From positions 1 to 38,367 of the IMG/VR virus record IMGVR_UViG_3300033076_001419: 38,367 bases of DNA, one strand, 5' to 3'. Position 1 is the first letter of the stretch. Each line of letters opens with the position of its first letter. Positions 26,123 to 33,994 of the stretch are shown piece by piece. The translations under genes and the position numbers were made by a program. Under the pieces are notes generated by a model, which saw only the letters and a list, made by a program, of their open reading frames with translations, did no database searches and was not told where the DNA came from. The stretch is from a virus (taxonomy: Duplodnaviria > Caudoviricetes).

Positions 26123-26201
26123 GATGTCTGTTAGAGACGGGTTCTTCTTTTGGATATGTATGACGCTCGTCATGGTCTGCATTGAGCTAAACTGTAGGTA
26201 A

Positions 26202-27011
26202 ATGAAAGCCTCAGTTCTCAGCAGGTTCCCCGAGGAGTCGGTCCGCCTCGAGGGGTACGTTCCATACATGTACCTAGACGTGAAGGGCCTGGTTACTACC
26301 GGCATCGGAAACCTCATTGACCCCATGTCGCTGGCCATGAACCTGCCATGGAAGATGGGCTCCATGCCGGCCACGCAGGCCCAGATCGCCGACGAGTGGA
26401 CACTGGTCAAGTCAAACACCACGCTGGCCAAGCACGGGCATCTGGCGGCCAAAGGGATCACCAAGCTTCGCCTGGACAAGGAAGACGTTGAGAGGCTCGT
26501 GTCCAGCGTCATGGCTAGGTTCTACGGCATCCTGAAGCATCGCTTTCCCGATATCGACACCTGGCCGGCCGATGCCCAGATGGCAACCATGTCAATGGCG
26601 TGGGCTTGTGGGCCTTGGTTTCGATTTGCAAATCTCGAATCCGCTTTGAAATCAAGGAACTTCACTCTGGCTTCCGTTTCTTGCCAGATCAGTACGGCTG
26701 GAAATCCCGGAGTGGCGCCAAGAAACGTAATGAATATCATCCTTTATGGCTCTGCGGCCGCATGCGAGGCCGGAAAGCTCAAGGGTGATGTGGTCCACTT
26801 TGGCGGAGAGCGAACCGGGAAACGCCTGCAGACCCTCCTAAACGCCTCCACAATCGATCCTAAGCTCAAGGTGGACGGACAGGTAGGCCCCAAGACCCGA
26901 GAGGCTGTAAAGCGATTTCAGGGGTCCCAGGGCCTAGACCAGGACGGCATTGCCGGGGTGCTTACGTGGGGTCGTCTGGAAGAGGCTGGTCTACATCCAG
27001 CGACAGGGTGA
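26202..27011 (+). CDS. Endolysin: GH24-like lysozyme with C-terminal peptidoglycan-binding domain
   Basis: EGYVPYMYLDVKGLVTTGIG (E-x8-D-x5-T triad); VDGQVGPKT...FQ...GL.QDGIAGVLTW (PG_binding_1). Confidence 0.9.
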   Translation: MKASVLSRFPEESVRLEGYVPYMYLDVKGLVTTGIGNLIDPMSLAMNLPWKMGSMPATQAQIADEWTLVKSNTTLAKHGHLAAKGITKLRLDKEDVERLVSSVMARFYGILKHRFPDIDTWPADAQMATMSMAWACGPWFRFANLESALKSRNFTLASVSCQISTAGNPGVAPRNVMNIILYGSAAACEAGKLKGDVVHFGGERTGKRLQTLLNASTIDPKLKVDGQVGPKTREAVKRFQGSQGLDQDGIAGVLTWGRLEEAGLHPATG

Positions 27012-27189
27012 AGGAATGTATTCGAAGGTCCCACGATGGATGCCGAATTTTCATCTCCCGAAGATGCCTCTCGGCGACGGCGCGCCGCTTGACCAGCATG
27101 GGCTTATGCTGGCAGTAGCGAACGTACCTGTCCTGCCGAGGGCAGTAGAGGGCGTAGTACTTCACGCCGTCAAGGTTCTTGATCAGCAT
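26962..27189 (-). CDS. Hypothetical basic protein
   Basis: 75 aa; start coupled to the upstream minus-strand stop; overlaps the 3' end of the lysin. Confidence 0.5.
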   Translation of the reverse strand: MLIKNLDGVKYYALYCPRQDRYVRYCQHKPMLVKRRAVAERHLREMKIRHPSWDLRIHSFTLSLDVDQPLPDDPT

Positions 27190-27543
27190 CAGTTCCCCAA
27201 AGCCGATCTGACAAGGTTCCTCTCCTCCGGAAGCTGTCCCCTGACAATCAGCTTCCCGTCAAGCAAGACGGTGATTACGTACACCGCGCCGGTTTCCTGA
27301 ACGGGCTGTACGTACTTGCAGATATAGCCCTGGGCCAGAACGTGCGGGCTTAGCAGGGCGTCCGATAAGAGCCACGCGGCAGCCGGCCGATGACCTGTGG
27401 CTGACTCCGTGGGTTCCTGCCGACGGGTCGGAGAATGGCCACTCGGACTCGGCGTCAGTGCGGCCGGATCCTCCGCAGGTTTCGCAGCTGAACCCGCCGA
27501 AGGAACCAAGGCCGAAGCACGATTCGCAGAGCTTTGAAACCAT
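27189..27543 (-). CDS. DnaJ-type CxxCxGxG zinc-finger protein, possibly frameshifted
   Basis: MVSKLCESCFGLG...CETCGGSG in frame 27543->27259; an overlapping frame ending at 27189 carries a more protein-like C-terminus. Confidence 0.5.
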
Positions 27544-27594
27544 CCCAAAATTCTAGCAGCCAGTACTTTTATGTATCTAAACACTTGTAACTCC

Positions 27595-28899
27595 TTACAT
27601 ATTGTAGAAAAGTGAACGACTTCCATCCCACCCGAGTCGGACGGATCCCACCTCTCCCCACCTGTTCTTTCCGACGATAATCTCCGACTCGTTGTCAGGG
27701 GCATTGCCGTCGTAGAACGATTCCCGAAATACGAAGCACACCTGGTCAGCATCCTGCTCAATGGACCCAGACTCACGAAGGTCGGATAGCTGTGGCCTCC
27801 TGCCCTCACGATTCTCCACGGCACGGTTTAGCTGACTGGCGATGATGGTCGTCACATCCAGCTCGACCGCCAGCAGCTTCAATGCCCTGCTTATCTCCGC
27901 GATGGACTGCTCCCTGCTTCTCTCCGAATGCTCAGCCAAGAGCTGGATGTAGTCGAGTGCCACGACGCTGAGCTTCACCCCGGCAGACTCCATCCTGGAC
28001 CGAACCCACCTAACTCGGGACACCATCTCAGCCATGGAGCGTATGTTGTAGGACATGAAGTAACGCTTTTCGTGAACGGACAGGGCCCCCTTTCGAAGGG
28101 CATCAAGTTCGCCCTCGGACAGGCTGCCGGTGAGTATCCTGTTTATGCATACGCCGGTTCTGCTGGACAGGCTCTTTTGGATGAGGCTCTCCATGCTCAT
28201 CTCCTGGCACACGAGGTAGGCTCCGTGCCCAGGATTGGCTGTCAGCATTCCGTCGATCATGTTGAGAAGAAGCGTAGACTTACCCATGGATGGCCTACCG
28301 GCGACGATGATCTGCCTGCCGCCCACAAGGTTCCCAAGGATTCTGTCCATCTCCCGAATCCCGCACGATATGCCAGGTGGCTTACCGAGGGCCCTTGCGG
28401 ACACCGCCATATCGACGACGCGCTTGGCCACATCGGTGAAGTCGTTCGGTTCGCTGGATGCCGAATGCACCGAGGAGATTCCGACCTGAATCTGATTGAC
28501 CAGTTCTTCAGGCTGGACGCCGTTTCGGATGTCGGCAATGGCCTTCCTGCACTCGGATTCTATCTTGCGCAGATGTGCGAACCTCAAAACGTCCTTTGAC
28601 AGCCGCTCCACATCTCTTGGCGATGTTACCGAATAGGACTGGCACACGCTCCTGAGGGACGGTACGTCAATCGGTACGAGCGAAAGCCTTGCCGCCTCTA
28701 CGGCTACCGACTCTGGCGTTGGCCTATGGCCCTGTGACGACAGAGATATGGCGGCCGTAAAGGCAGCTCCCATGGACGGCTGCACGAACTCCGCTCCGGA
28801 GACCCTGTCAGGAATGGCCTCCAGGCCACAGTGAATTACGGACGCAACTAGCGCTTCTTCAGCAAGTTCCCACGCTGGCCTGGATGGTTTCCTTGGCAT
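27595..28899 (-). CDS. dnaB: Replicative DNA helicase, DnaB family
   Basis: AGRPSMGKS Walker A, EMS, LDYIQL, ASQLNR, LSDLRESGSIEQDAD, KNRWG. Confidence 0.95.
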   Translation of the reverse strand: MPRKPSRPAWELAEEALVASVIHCGLEAIPDRVSGAEFVQPSMGAAFTAAISLSSQGHRPTPESVAVEAARLSLVPIDVPSLRSVCQSYSVTSPRDVERLSKDVLRFAHLRKIESECRKAIADIRNGVQPEELVNQIQVGISSVHSASSEPNDFTDVAKRVVDMAVSARALGKPPGISCGIREMDRILGNLVGGRQIIVAGRPSMGKSTLLLNMIDGMLTANPGHGAYLVCQEMSMESLIQKSLSSRTGVCINRILTGSLSEGELDALRKGALSVHEKRYFMSYNIRSMAEMVSRVRWVRSRMESAGVKLSVVALDYIQLLAEHSERSREQSIAEISRALKLLAVELDVTTIIASQLNRAVENREGRRPQLSDLRESGSIEQDADQVCFVFRESFYDGNAPDNESEIIVGKNRWGEVGSVRLGWDGSRSLFYNM

Positions 28900-29279
28900 T
28901 AGATCCTCGACAGTAAATCTCTGAGCATGGAGGCCTCAGAGCTTGATATTTTGAAGTTGTGCACGGCCCCCGGGGTAGCGTGCGGGGATGTTGATCGCAT
29001 GAATGAAATGACGACCCCGCCATCTGGCGACGTGGCCACAACAATGGCCCTACGGTGATCGTCACTGGTTTCACTCAGCCATCGACAGGCGCTCTTTGCC
29101 TCGGACAGTACCGCTTCGGATAGGCTGTGATCGCGCTCTACCTTGACGGCGTCCTTGGCGTCCTCGCCAGTTGCAACTCTCGCGATCTCCTCGACCTCCT
29201 CGCCATGAGTGAGGCCGGAAAAGATCCCGATTGTCTGTAGATCAGCTGGCGGTTTTCGGGTCTTGGGCTTCTTTGACAT
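28899..29279 (-). CDS. Hypothetical protein
   Basis: 126 aa, stop overlaps the dnaB start. Confidence 0.6.
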   Translation of the reverse strand: MSKKPKTRKPPADLQTIGIFSGLTHGEEVEEIARVATGEDAKDAVKVERDHSLSEAVLSEAKSACRWLSETSDDHRRAIVVATSPDGGVVISFMRSTSPHATPGAVHNFKISSSEASMLRDLLSRI

Positions 29280-29523
29280 CGGGCTTCGATGATAGGGTCT
29301 TCAGCTGAACGACGAGTGCCAGGGTTACGTCCATGTCCGTTGCGTCATATGGTACGGTGACGGGCACGTATGACCGAATGATCTTATTCGAGCCAACCGG
29401 AGTAACGTCGATCTGGAACAGGAAAGAGACCCACCCGTCGAACGGTGTGCCGCCATCGTCGGACAGCGTGCAGGAGAGGTGGGCGGTCTCGTTCTCCAGC
29501 GTGAACTTGTACACGCTATTCAT
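29242..29523 (-). CDS. Hypothetical protein
   Basis: 93 aa, AGGAGG RBS, TAATG coupling. Confidence 0.6.
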   Translation of the reverse strand: MNSVYKFTLENETAHLSCTLSDDGGTPFDGWVSFLFQIDVTPVGSNKIIRSYVPVTVPYDATDMDVTLALVVQLKTLSSKPDVKEAQDPKTAS

Positions 29524-29828
29524 TAAACATCCCTCCTGATCCCAATTTCTTTGCGATAGCTGCGGGCACGGACTTTTCGCCCTCCTCCATCATTGACACC
29601 ATTTCCTGAGAGATCCCGAGCAGCTCTCCAAACTGCGCTTGTGTTTTCTTCATCTTTTTCCTCAGCTTCTTCAGCTCCGCTCCGGTCATTTATTGCCTCC
29701 CGAATTACTGTCTTTACGATGTCTGTGTTGCACAAGTTGCACGCCCTCGTCTTTGCCGTCGCGCTTTCAATGCGGAAGGTAAACGAGCGCTTGCACCTCG
29801 AGCAATCGGCCTGTGCCCACATACTCAT
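29523..29828 (-). CDS. Hypothetical Zn-ribbon protein (possible regulator)
   Basis: CSRC...CNLC; first gene of the leftward arm; ATG at 29828 chosen from the promoter geometry. Confidence 0.55.
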   Translation of the reverse strand: MSMWAQADCSRCKRSFTFRIESATAKTRACNLCNTDIVKTVIREAINDRSGAEEAEEKDEENTSAVWRAARDLSGNGVNDGGGRKVRARSYRKEIGIRRDV

Positions 29829-29911
29829 GACGGTGGTGTAGCCCAAGTCCAGTGTAGTGCAAGCCACATTTTATTTCTTGCACCTCGATTGGATGGTGCT
29901 AGACAGAGGGC
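29829..29911. promoter_or_regulatory. Symmetric divergent promoter pair
   Basis: Plus: TTGCAC(29878)-N16-TAGACA-N6-ATG. Minus: TTGCAC(29862)-N16-TACACC-N6-ATG. AT-rich spacer between the two -35 elements. Confidence 0.6.
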
Positions 29912-30523
29912 ATGGCTGACAACGAAGGTAACGCTACGACAACAAGCGAACACGATGAGATGTCCAGGGATGTCGACAAGATTTCTGCCGCCCTCGCCAA
30001 GGCGCAGGGTGAGATTACTGGCGCGTCCAGGGACTCCACCAATCCGCACTTCAAGAGCAAGTACGCGGACCTCGAGAGCACGTGGGAGGCCATCCGCTCG
30101 CCATTGTCAAAGAACGGCATTGCGGTAGTTCAGACGGTTCGCCCGTCAACGAATGGCGTCCTGCTTGTAACCATGCTGGTCCATTCTTCAGGACAGTGGT
30201 TCCGAGGGTTTCTGTATCTGCCAGTGTCGAAAAATGATGCACAGGGATACGGCTCTGCTATTACGTATGCACGGCGCTACGCACTGCAGGCCATGTGCGG
30301 TGTCGCCCCAGTTGACGACGATGGCAATGCGGCCACTGGTCGGACAGAGTCCACTGGCACGTCAGCATGGATCGCCTCCGTAGCTTCCTCAAGCACGCCA
30401 GAGCGATTGGCGTCTCTTCATGCGGCGGCACTAAGCAACAAGTCGATGACGGATGACGAGCGAAAGACCGTCTTGGATGCAATTGGCAAGAAGAAAGAAG
30501 AAATGGCAAAGGTGAAAAAATGA
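29912..30523 (+). CDS. erf: ERF-family single-strand annealing protein
   Basis: ALAKAQ, NPHFKSKYADL, HSSGQW, AQGYGSAITYARRYAL, DDDGN. Confidence 0.93.
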   Translation: MADNEGNATTTSEHDEMSRDVDKISAALAKAQGEITGASRDSTNPHFKSKYADLESTWEAIRSPLSKNGIAVVQTVRPSTNGVLLVTMLVHSSGQWFRGFLYLPVSKNDAQGYGSAITYARRYALQAMCGVAPVDDDGNAATGRTESTGTSAWIASVASSSTPERLASLHAAALSNKSMTDDERKTVLDAIGKKKEEMAKVKK

Positions 30524-30876
30524 GTGAAACTGTAGAACTGCACCGCGCACGAGTTGGCCATGACCCAGAGCTGAAGGAGTATAACGGCCGCGAATACGTG
30601 ACATTCTCGGTTGCCGTAAACGAGAACTCCGGTGGCAAGAAGATCACAAAGTGGTTTGAAGTTCACTCCGACAACAAGAAACTGGTCGACCTGATTGAGA
30701 AGGGGTCGCTCCTGTATGTCCGTGGACGTCGGTCGGAAAAGATTGGCAAGAACGGCAAGACATACGTCACCGTGTATGCCAACTCCTTCTCGGACGTTGT
30801 CCCGTATACCTTCAAGAAGGGCGATGTGCAGGTGGCTGAAGAGCGATCTGGCTCCGACGAGGGTCCTCCCTTCTAA
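30520..30876 (+). CDS. ssb: Single-stranded DNA-binding protein
   Basis: VGHDPE, FSVAVN, TKWF, KGSLLYVRG, acidic C-terminus ending PPF; follows ERF. Confidence 0.85.
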   Translation: MSETVELHRARVGHDPELKEYNGREYVTFSVAVNENSGGKKITKWFEVHSDNKKLVDLIEKGSLLYVRGRRSEKIGKNGKTYVTVYANSFSDVVPYTFKKGDVQVAEERSGSDEGPPF

Positions 30877-30947
30877 GTCCCGGGGGCCGATTCCGGCAGT
30901 CGGAGTCTGGGAGCGAGTGACAGCTGCGATCCCCAAAAGACTGTCAA

Positions 30948-31019
30948 TGCGTTGTGTCCGGGTACGCGACCGGACTGGTAGCTCACATGACTCTGGGTTC
31001 GAATCCCAGCAACGCACCA
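30948..31019 (+). ncRNA. tRNA-like RNA (acceptor stem and T-arm intact, non-canonical D and anticodon regions)
   Basis: TGCGTTG/CAACGCA 7-bp stem followed by CCA; CTGGG-TTCGAAT-CCCAG T-arm; 6-bp GTCCGG/CCGGAC hairpin; no convincing anticodon stem. Confidence 0.65.
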
Positions 31020-31043
31020 GTGAAACCATACAAGGAGATAAGA

Positions 31044-31349
31044 ATGAAAAAGCTGAAGACTGTTGAGGAGCAGGTTGTTGTGGAGAAGCGTGAAGAGGTG
31101 GTGGACGAGCCCGGTGGATGGGAGTCTTACATCGGCAAGACACTGCTATTCCACTGCGGCAGCTACAACTATCTAGGCCGGCTGGTTGGAGTAAACGGCC
31201 GCATGCTCGAGCTGGCTAACGCTGGCGTTGTGTTTGAGACGGGGCCATACACGGGCAACTGCAAGAAGGATTTCCAGCCAGTGAAAGGCGGCATGGTGCT
31301 GCTCGGTATCGGGTTCATTGAGGCGGCCTTCGAGCCTGGGGCGCAGTGA
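31044..31349 (+). CDS. Small beta-barrel protein, possibly Sm/Hfq-like fold
   Basis: AAGGAG RBS; short helix then YIGKTLLFHCGSYNYLGRLVGVNGRMLELANA resembles the Sm1 pattern (GKxV...YxGxLxGxD...LxL). Confidence 0.55.
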   Translation: MKKLKTVEEQVVVEKREEVVDEPGGWESYIGKTLLFHCGSYNYLGRLVGVNGRMLELANAGVVFETGPYTGNCKKDFQPVKGGMVLLGIGFIEAAFEPGAQ

Positions 31350-31703
31350 CGCGCAGGTTTCGGACGCGCATGTTTCAGCGCCTGCGTGTATGTCGCCGCA
31401 ATTGTGTTGGATCCGGGCTGCACTCACGTCCATGGTCCGATTGCTTTGGGATGCCTTTCTCGGCGTCTGGACTACGGAACAAGATTAGATCTAGGTCAGG
31501 AGCCCAGACATGATCCCAAAGAGACTAAGGTACAGGAGCCTGCTGAAGTGGAGATGTTACTCAGGGCTTCAGCAAAGAGCTTCAAGCGGATCTGGCTGCA
31601 GCTCCTTCTTGTACTCGCCGTACATTCGACTATTCCCGGCATCAGGGTTTAGATCGGCGGAGTCAGCCGTGTCCGGGGGCGGAAAATTGCGGTGCTCGCG
31701 CCT

Positions 31704-31931
31704 ATGCTGACAGGTAAGAAAAAACGCAGTGGGCCCGGGAGGCGGGAGTCTAGGTCTAGGTCTAGGTCTGGGTCTTGGTCTGTGTCTAGGTCTAGGTCTT
31801 GGTCTAGGTCTTGGTCTTGGTCTGGGTATAGGTCTAGGTCTGGGTCTATGTCTGGGTCTATGTCTGGGTCTGGGTCTTGGTCTGGGTCTTGGTCTAGGTC
31901 TTGGTCTAGGTCTTGGTCTTGGTTTGAGTGA
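31704..31931 (+). CDS. Ser-alternating (RS/WS/GS) low-complexity micro-protein
   Basis: MLTGKKKRSG...SRSRSRSGSWSVSRSRSWS; repeat variation preserves the TCT codon in this frame. Confidence 0.55.
   Translation: MLTGKKKRSGPGRRESRSRSRSGSWSVSRSRSWSRSWSWSGYRSRSGSMSGSMSGSGSWSGSWSRSWSRSWSWFE
31747..31926 (+). repeat. About 30 tandem degenerate hexamers GGTCT(A/T/G)
   Basis: Directly visible. Confidence 0.95.
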
Positions 31932-31938
31932 GAGAGAT

Positions 31939-31979
31939 AGGAACATGTCAAACAAAGCAAAGAGGAACATGTCAAACAA
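31939..31979 (+). repeat. 17-bp direct repeat AGGAACATGTCAAACAA x2 (24-bp period)
   Basis: 31939-31955 and 31963-31979. Confidence 0.9.
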
Positions 31980-32012
31980 TCGCGTACCCGTCCCTGAGGG
32001 CTGGGGCCTGCG

Positions 32013-32219
32013 ATGATGGTTGCCGCACTCCAGCGGCCGATCGGCAACGGCTACGGCAACGGCGACGGCTACGGCCACGGCTACGGCAATGGCGACGGCG
32101 ACGGCTACGGCTACGGCCACGGCTATGGCTATGGCTACGGCGACGGCTATGGCAATGGCAACTGCTACGGCTACGGCAACTGCACGGTCACCGGTAACAC
32201 GCGCCGGAGGCGCCCGTGA
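32013..32219 (+). CDS. Gly-alternating (GY/GD/GN/GH) low-complexity micro-protein
   Basis: MMVAALQRPIGNGYGNGDGYGHG...; GGC-NAY hexamer repeats at 32043-32180; stop overlaps the next start. Confidence 0.6.
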   Translation: MMVAALQRPIGNGYGNGDGYGHGYGNGDGDGYGYGHGYGYGYGDGYGNGNCYGYGNCTVTGNTRRRRP

Positions 32220-32551
32220 GCACCATCGACAAACTCCGCGCGCTACTCAAGGCAGCCTCGCCGGGACCGTGGACCAGAACGCCTCCGCCAAACTCAAAGC
32301 ATGAGAGGTTCATGGTGTGGGACGCAAACGGTGACAAGGCGGCCGAGATGGGATTCTGCGTGGAGCCGGAAGGCAACGCCGCTCTCATCGCCGCCACAAT
32401 CAACGCACTACCTCGACTCCTCGACGTGGTGGAGGCGGCGAAGCATGTACAAGACAGTCGCGACGGTGGATGGCAAGTCGGCGGCGAATGGTACGACGCG
32501 CTGGAAAACATGAAGCACGCGCTCGATGCACTGGAAGGCGGTGGGACGTGA
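32216..32551 (+). CDS. Ead/Ea22-like protein
   Basis: DKLRALLKAASPGPW...NAALIAATINALPRLLD pattern. Confidence 0.65.
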   Translation: MSTIDKLRALLKAASPGPWTRTPPPNSKHERFMVWDANGDKAAEMGFCVEPEGNAALIAATINALPRLLDVVEAAKHVQDSRDGGWQVGGEWYDALENMKHALDALEGGGT

Positions 32552-32594
32552 ATATCAAGTGGGACGACGACGGAACGATCTCCAAGAGGAAGCC

Positions 32595-32939
32595 ATGAAG
32601 CCGGGGCGTAAGGATGATGGGCGTAAGGATGATGGGCGTAAGGATGATGCCGGCAAGCTGGAGCTAGTCAGGCTGCTACTGCTGCCCGACGATATCATAG
32701 AGGCCCTCCTCGAGGTCTGCCTTGTCTTTGACCATGGGGCGCAGAAGTACGGGGCAGAGAATTGGCGCAAGCTAGAGAATCTCCGCTGGCGCTACCTCAA
32801 CGCTGCTGTCAGGCATATCAGAGAGCGAGCGCTGGGACAGAGGCTAGACAAGGAGTCAGCTAAGAAAGTCCTTGCGCATGCCATATGCGGGCTACTGTTT
32901 ACCATGGCTGACGATGCTGGAAGCAAAACCGATGAGTAA
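32595..32939 (+). CDS. dATP/dGTP diphosphohydrolase-like protein (DUF5664 type)
   Basis: GRKDDAGK, VFDHGAQKYGAENWRK, YLNAAVRHI, DKES...LAHAIC; GAGGA RBS. Confidence 0.8.
   Translation: MKPGRKDDGRKDDGRKDDAGKLELVRLLLLPDDIIEALLEVCLVFDHGAQKYGAENWRKLENLRWRYLNAAVRHIRERALGQRLDKESAKKVLAHAICGLLFTMADDAGSKTDE
32604..32648 (+). repeat. 15-bp tandem repeat GGGCGTAAGGATGAT x3 (GRKDD x3)
   Basis: Directly visible, in frame. Confidence 0.95.
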
Positions 32940-33297
32940 AGCGAAGTCGACGAGTGATGGTCTAAAGGGCGATAGGGTCAGGTTCTCTAAAATTTTCCTC
33001 GGATGCAAGGAGGAGCGAGGAACGATCGACTGGAAGGTCTTCAATACCAGCCCGCGTGGCATCTGGCTCATCTCATCCTACGCCGACGGATGGTTTGCCA
33101 CTGGCAGCAGTGGCGACGGGCATTACCGCTGTGAAGTCTTTCATGACAACGGAAAGTGGTCGTACGCATGCTCGCTGTACGATAGCGTTTTCACCGTTGG
33201 GACTTGCGCTAGCGCCGACGAGGCCAAGGAGAGGGGCATCACAGCCTGCGAGGCTAGGGCGCGATCCTGGGCAATGCGGATGGTGCCTGATGTGTAG
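32932..33297 (+). CDS. Hypothetical protein
   Basis: ATG overlapping the upstream gene end. Confidence 0.55.
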   Translation: MSKAKSTSDGLKGDRVRFSKIFLGCKEERGTIDWKVFNTSPRGIWLISSYADGWFATGSSGDGHYRCEVFHDNGKWSYACSLYDSVFTVGTCASADEAKERGITACEARARSWAMRMVPDV

Positions 33298-33628
33298 GCA
33301 CGAAGGTACTTTCTGCTCGATGTGTGAGCAGGAGAAGAAGAGACTGGAGGGCGACCTAAAGGAGGCCAGGGATGACGCTGCCTACTATCTGGAGAGATTG
33401 CGGATAGCCGACCACCAGTTCTCTGAGCTAGTCAGAGCTCGCAATAAGTACATGGAATACACGACGATCTCGCGAGCCGCCAACAGGGGACTAAAGAAGA
33501 GGCTGGATGCTGCTGAGGGCGAGACCGCGGCGAAGATCGCGGCGTGGTTGCGTGCGCTGTGCCACGGGCCCGAGGACATGGGCAACTGGTACGCCAACGC
33601 TGTCGAGCGCGGGGAGTGGAGGAAGTGA
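33290..33628 (+). CDS. Hypothetical coiled-coil protein
   Basis: MCRHEGTFCSMCEQEKKRLE...IAAWLR...AVERGEW; coupled to neighbours. Confidence 0.6.
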   Translation: MCRHEGTFCSMCEQEKKRLEGDLKEARDDAAYYLERLRIADHQFSELVRARNKYMEYTTISRAANRGLKKRLDAAEGETAAKIAAWLRALCHGPEDMGNWYANAVERGEWRK

Positions 33629-33900
33629 CTAGCATTAGAGCAGCAATTCTTGCGGCAGCAGAGATGGTCCGATGCTGCGGGATTGGCCCAAACTTTGTAT
33701 TCGTATCTCCGTCCACGGATGCGCAGCTCAAATACTATCTACACGGCATGCAGGAGAGCGGCAATTATAGACTGAGGCTATCTCGTGACGAGATTTTCAA
33801 TCACGAAATGCGTCGCCACTCGCGTGGGAAGCGCAGCTTGCTCCCAACGTTCGAGGAGTGCGAAGCCCGCGCCCGCAAATTGGAGCAAGCGGGACCATGA
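33625..33900 (+). CDS. Hypothetical protein
   Basis: GGAGG RBS and GTGA overlap. Confidence 0.5.
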   Translation: MTSIRAAILAAAEMVRCCGIGPNFVFVSPSTDAQLKYYLHGMQESGNYRLRLSRDEIFNHEMRRHSRGKRSLLPTFEECEARARKLEQAGP

Positions 33901-33994
33901 TATGCGGATGCTAGATAAAGCCGTAGTAGTAAAATATGCGCTGTACCCATTCGTCCGTGCATTTTGGAAGTCTTGAAGTAAGCTGAGTCAGGGA

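Noticed and set aside
31569-32304. (RP)n, (DQDL)n, (AT)n and (AV)n ORFs as real genes
   Set aside because: Alternative frames of the same hexamer repeats; operon direction and stop/start coupling favour the plus-strand RS and GYG frames
32595-32939. 2-aminoadenine (Z) or 7-deazaguanine genome modification
   Set aside because: No purZ, queuosine-pathway genes or DNA polymerase in the window; one accessory enzyme is insufficient
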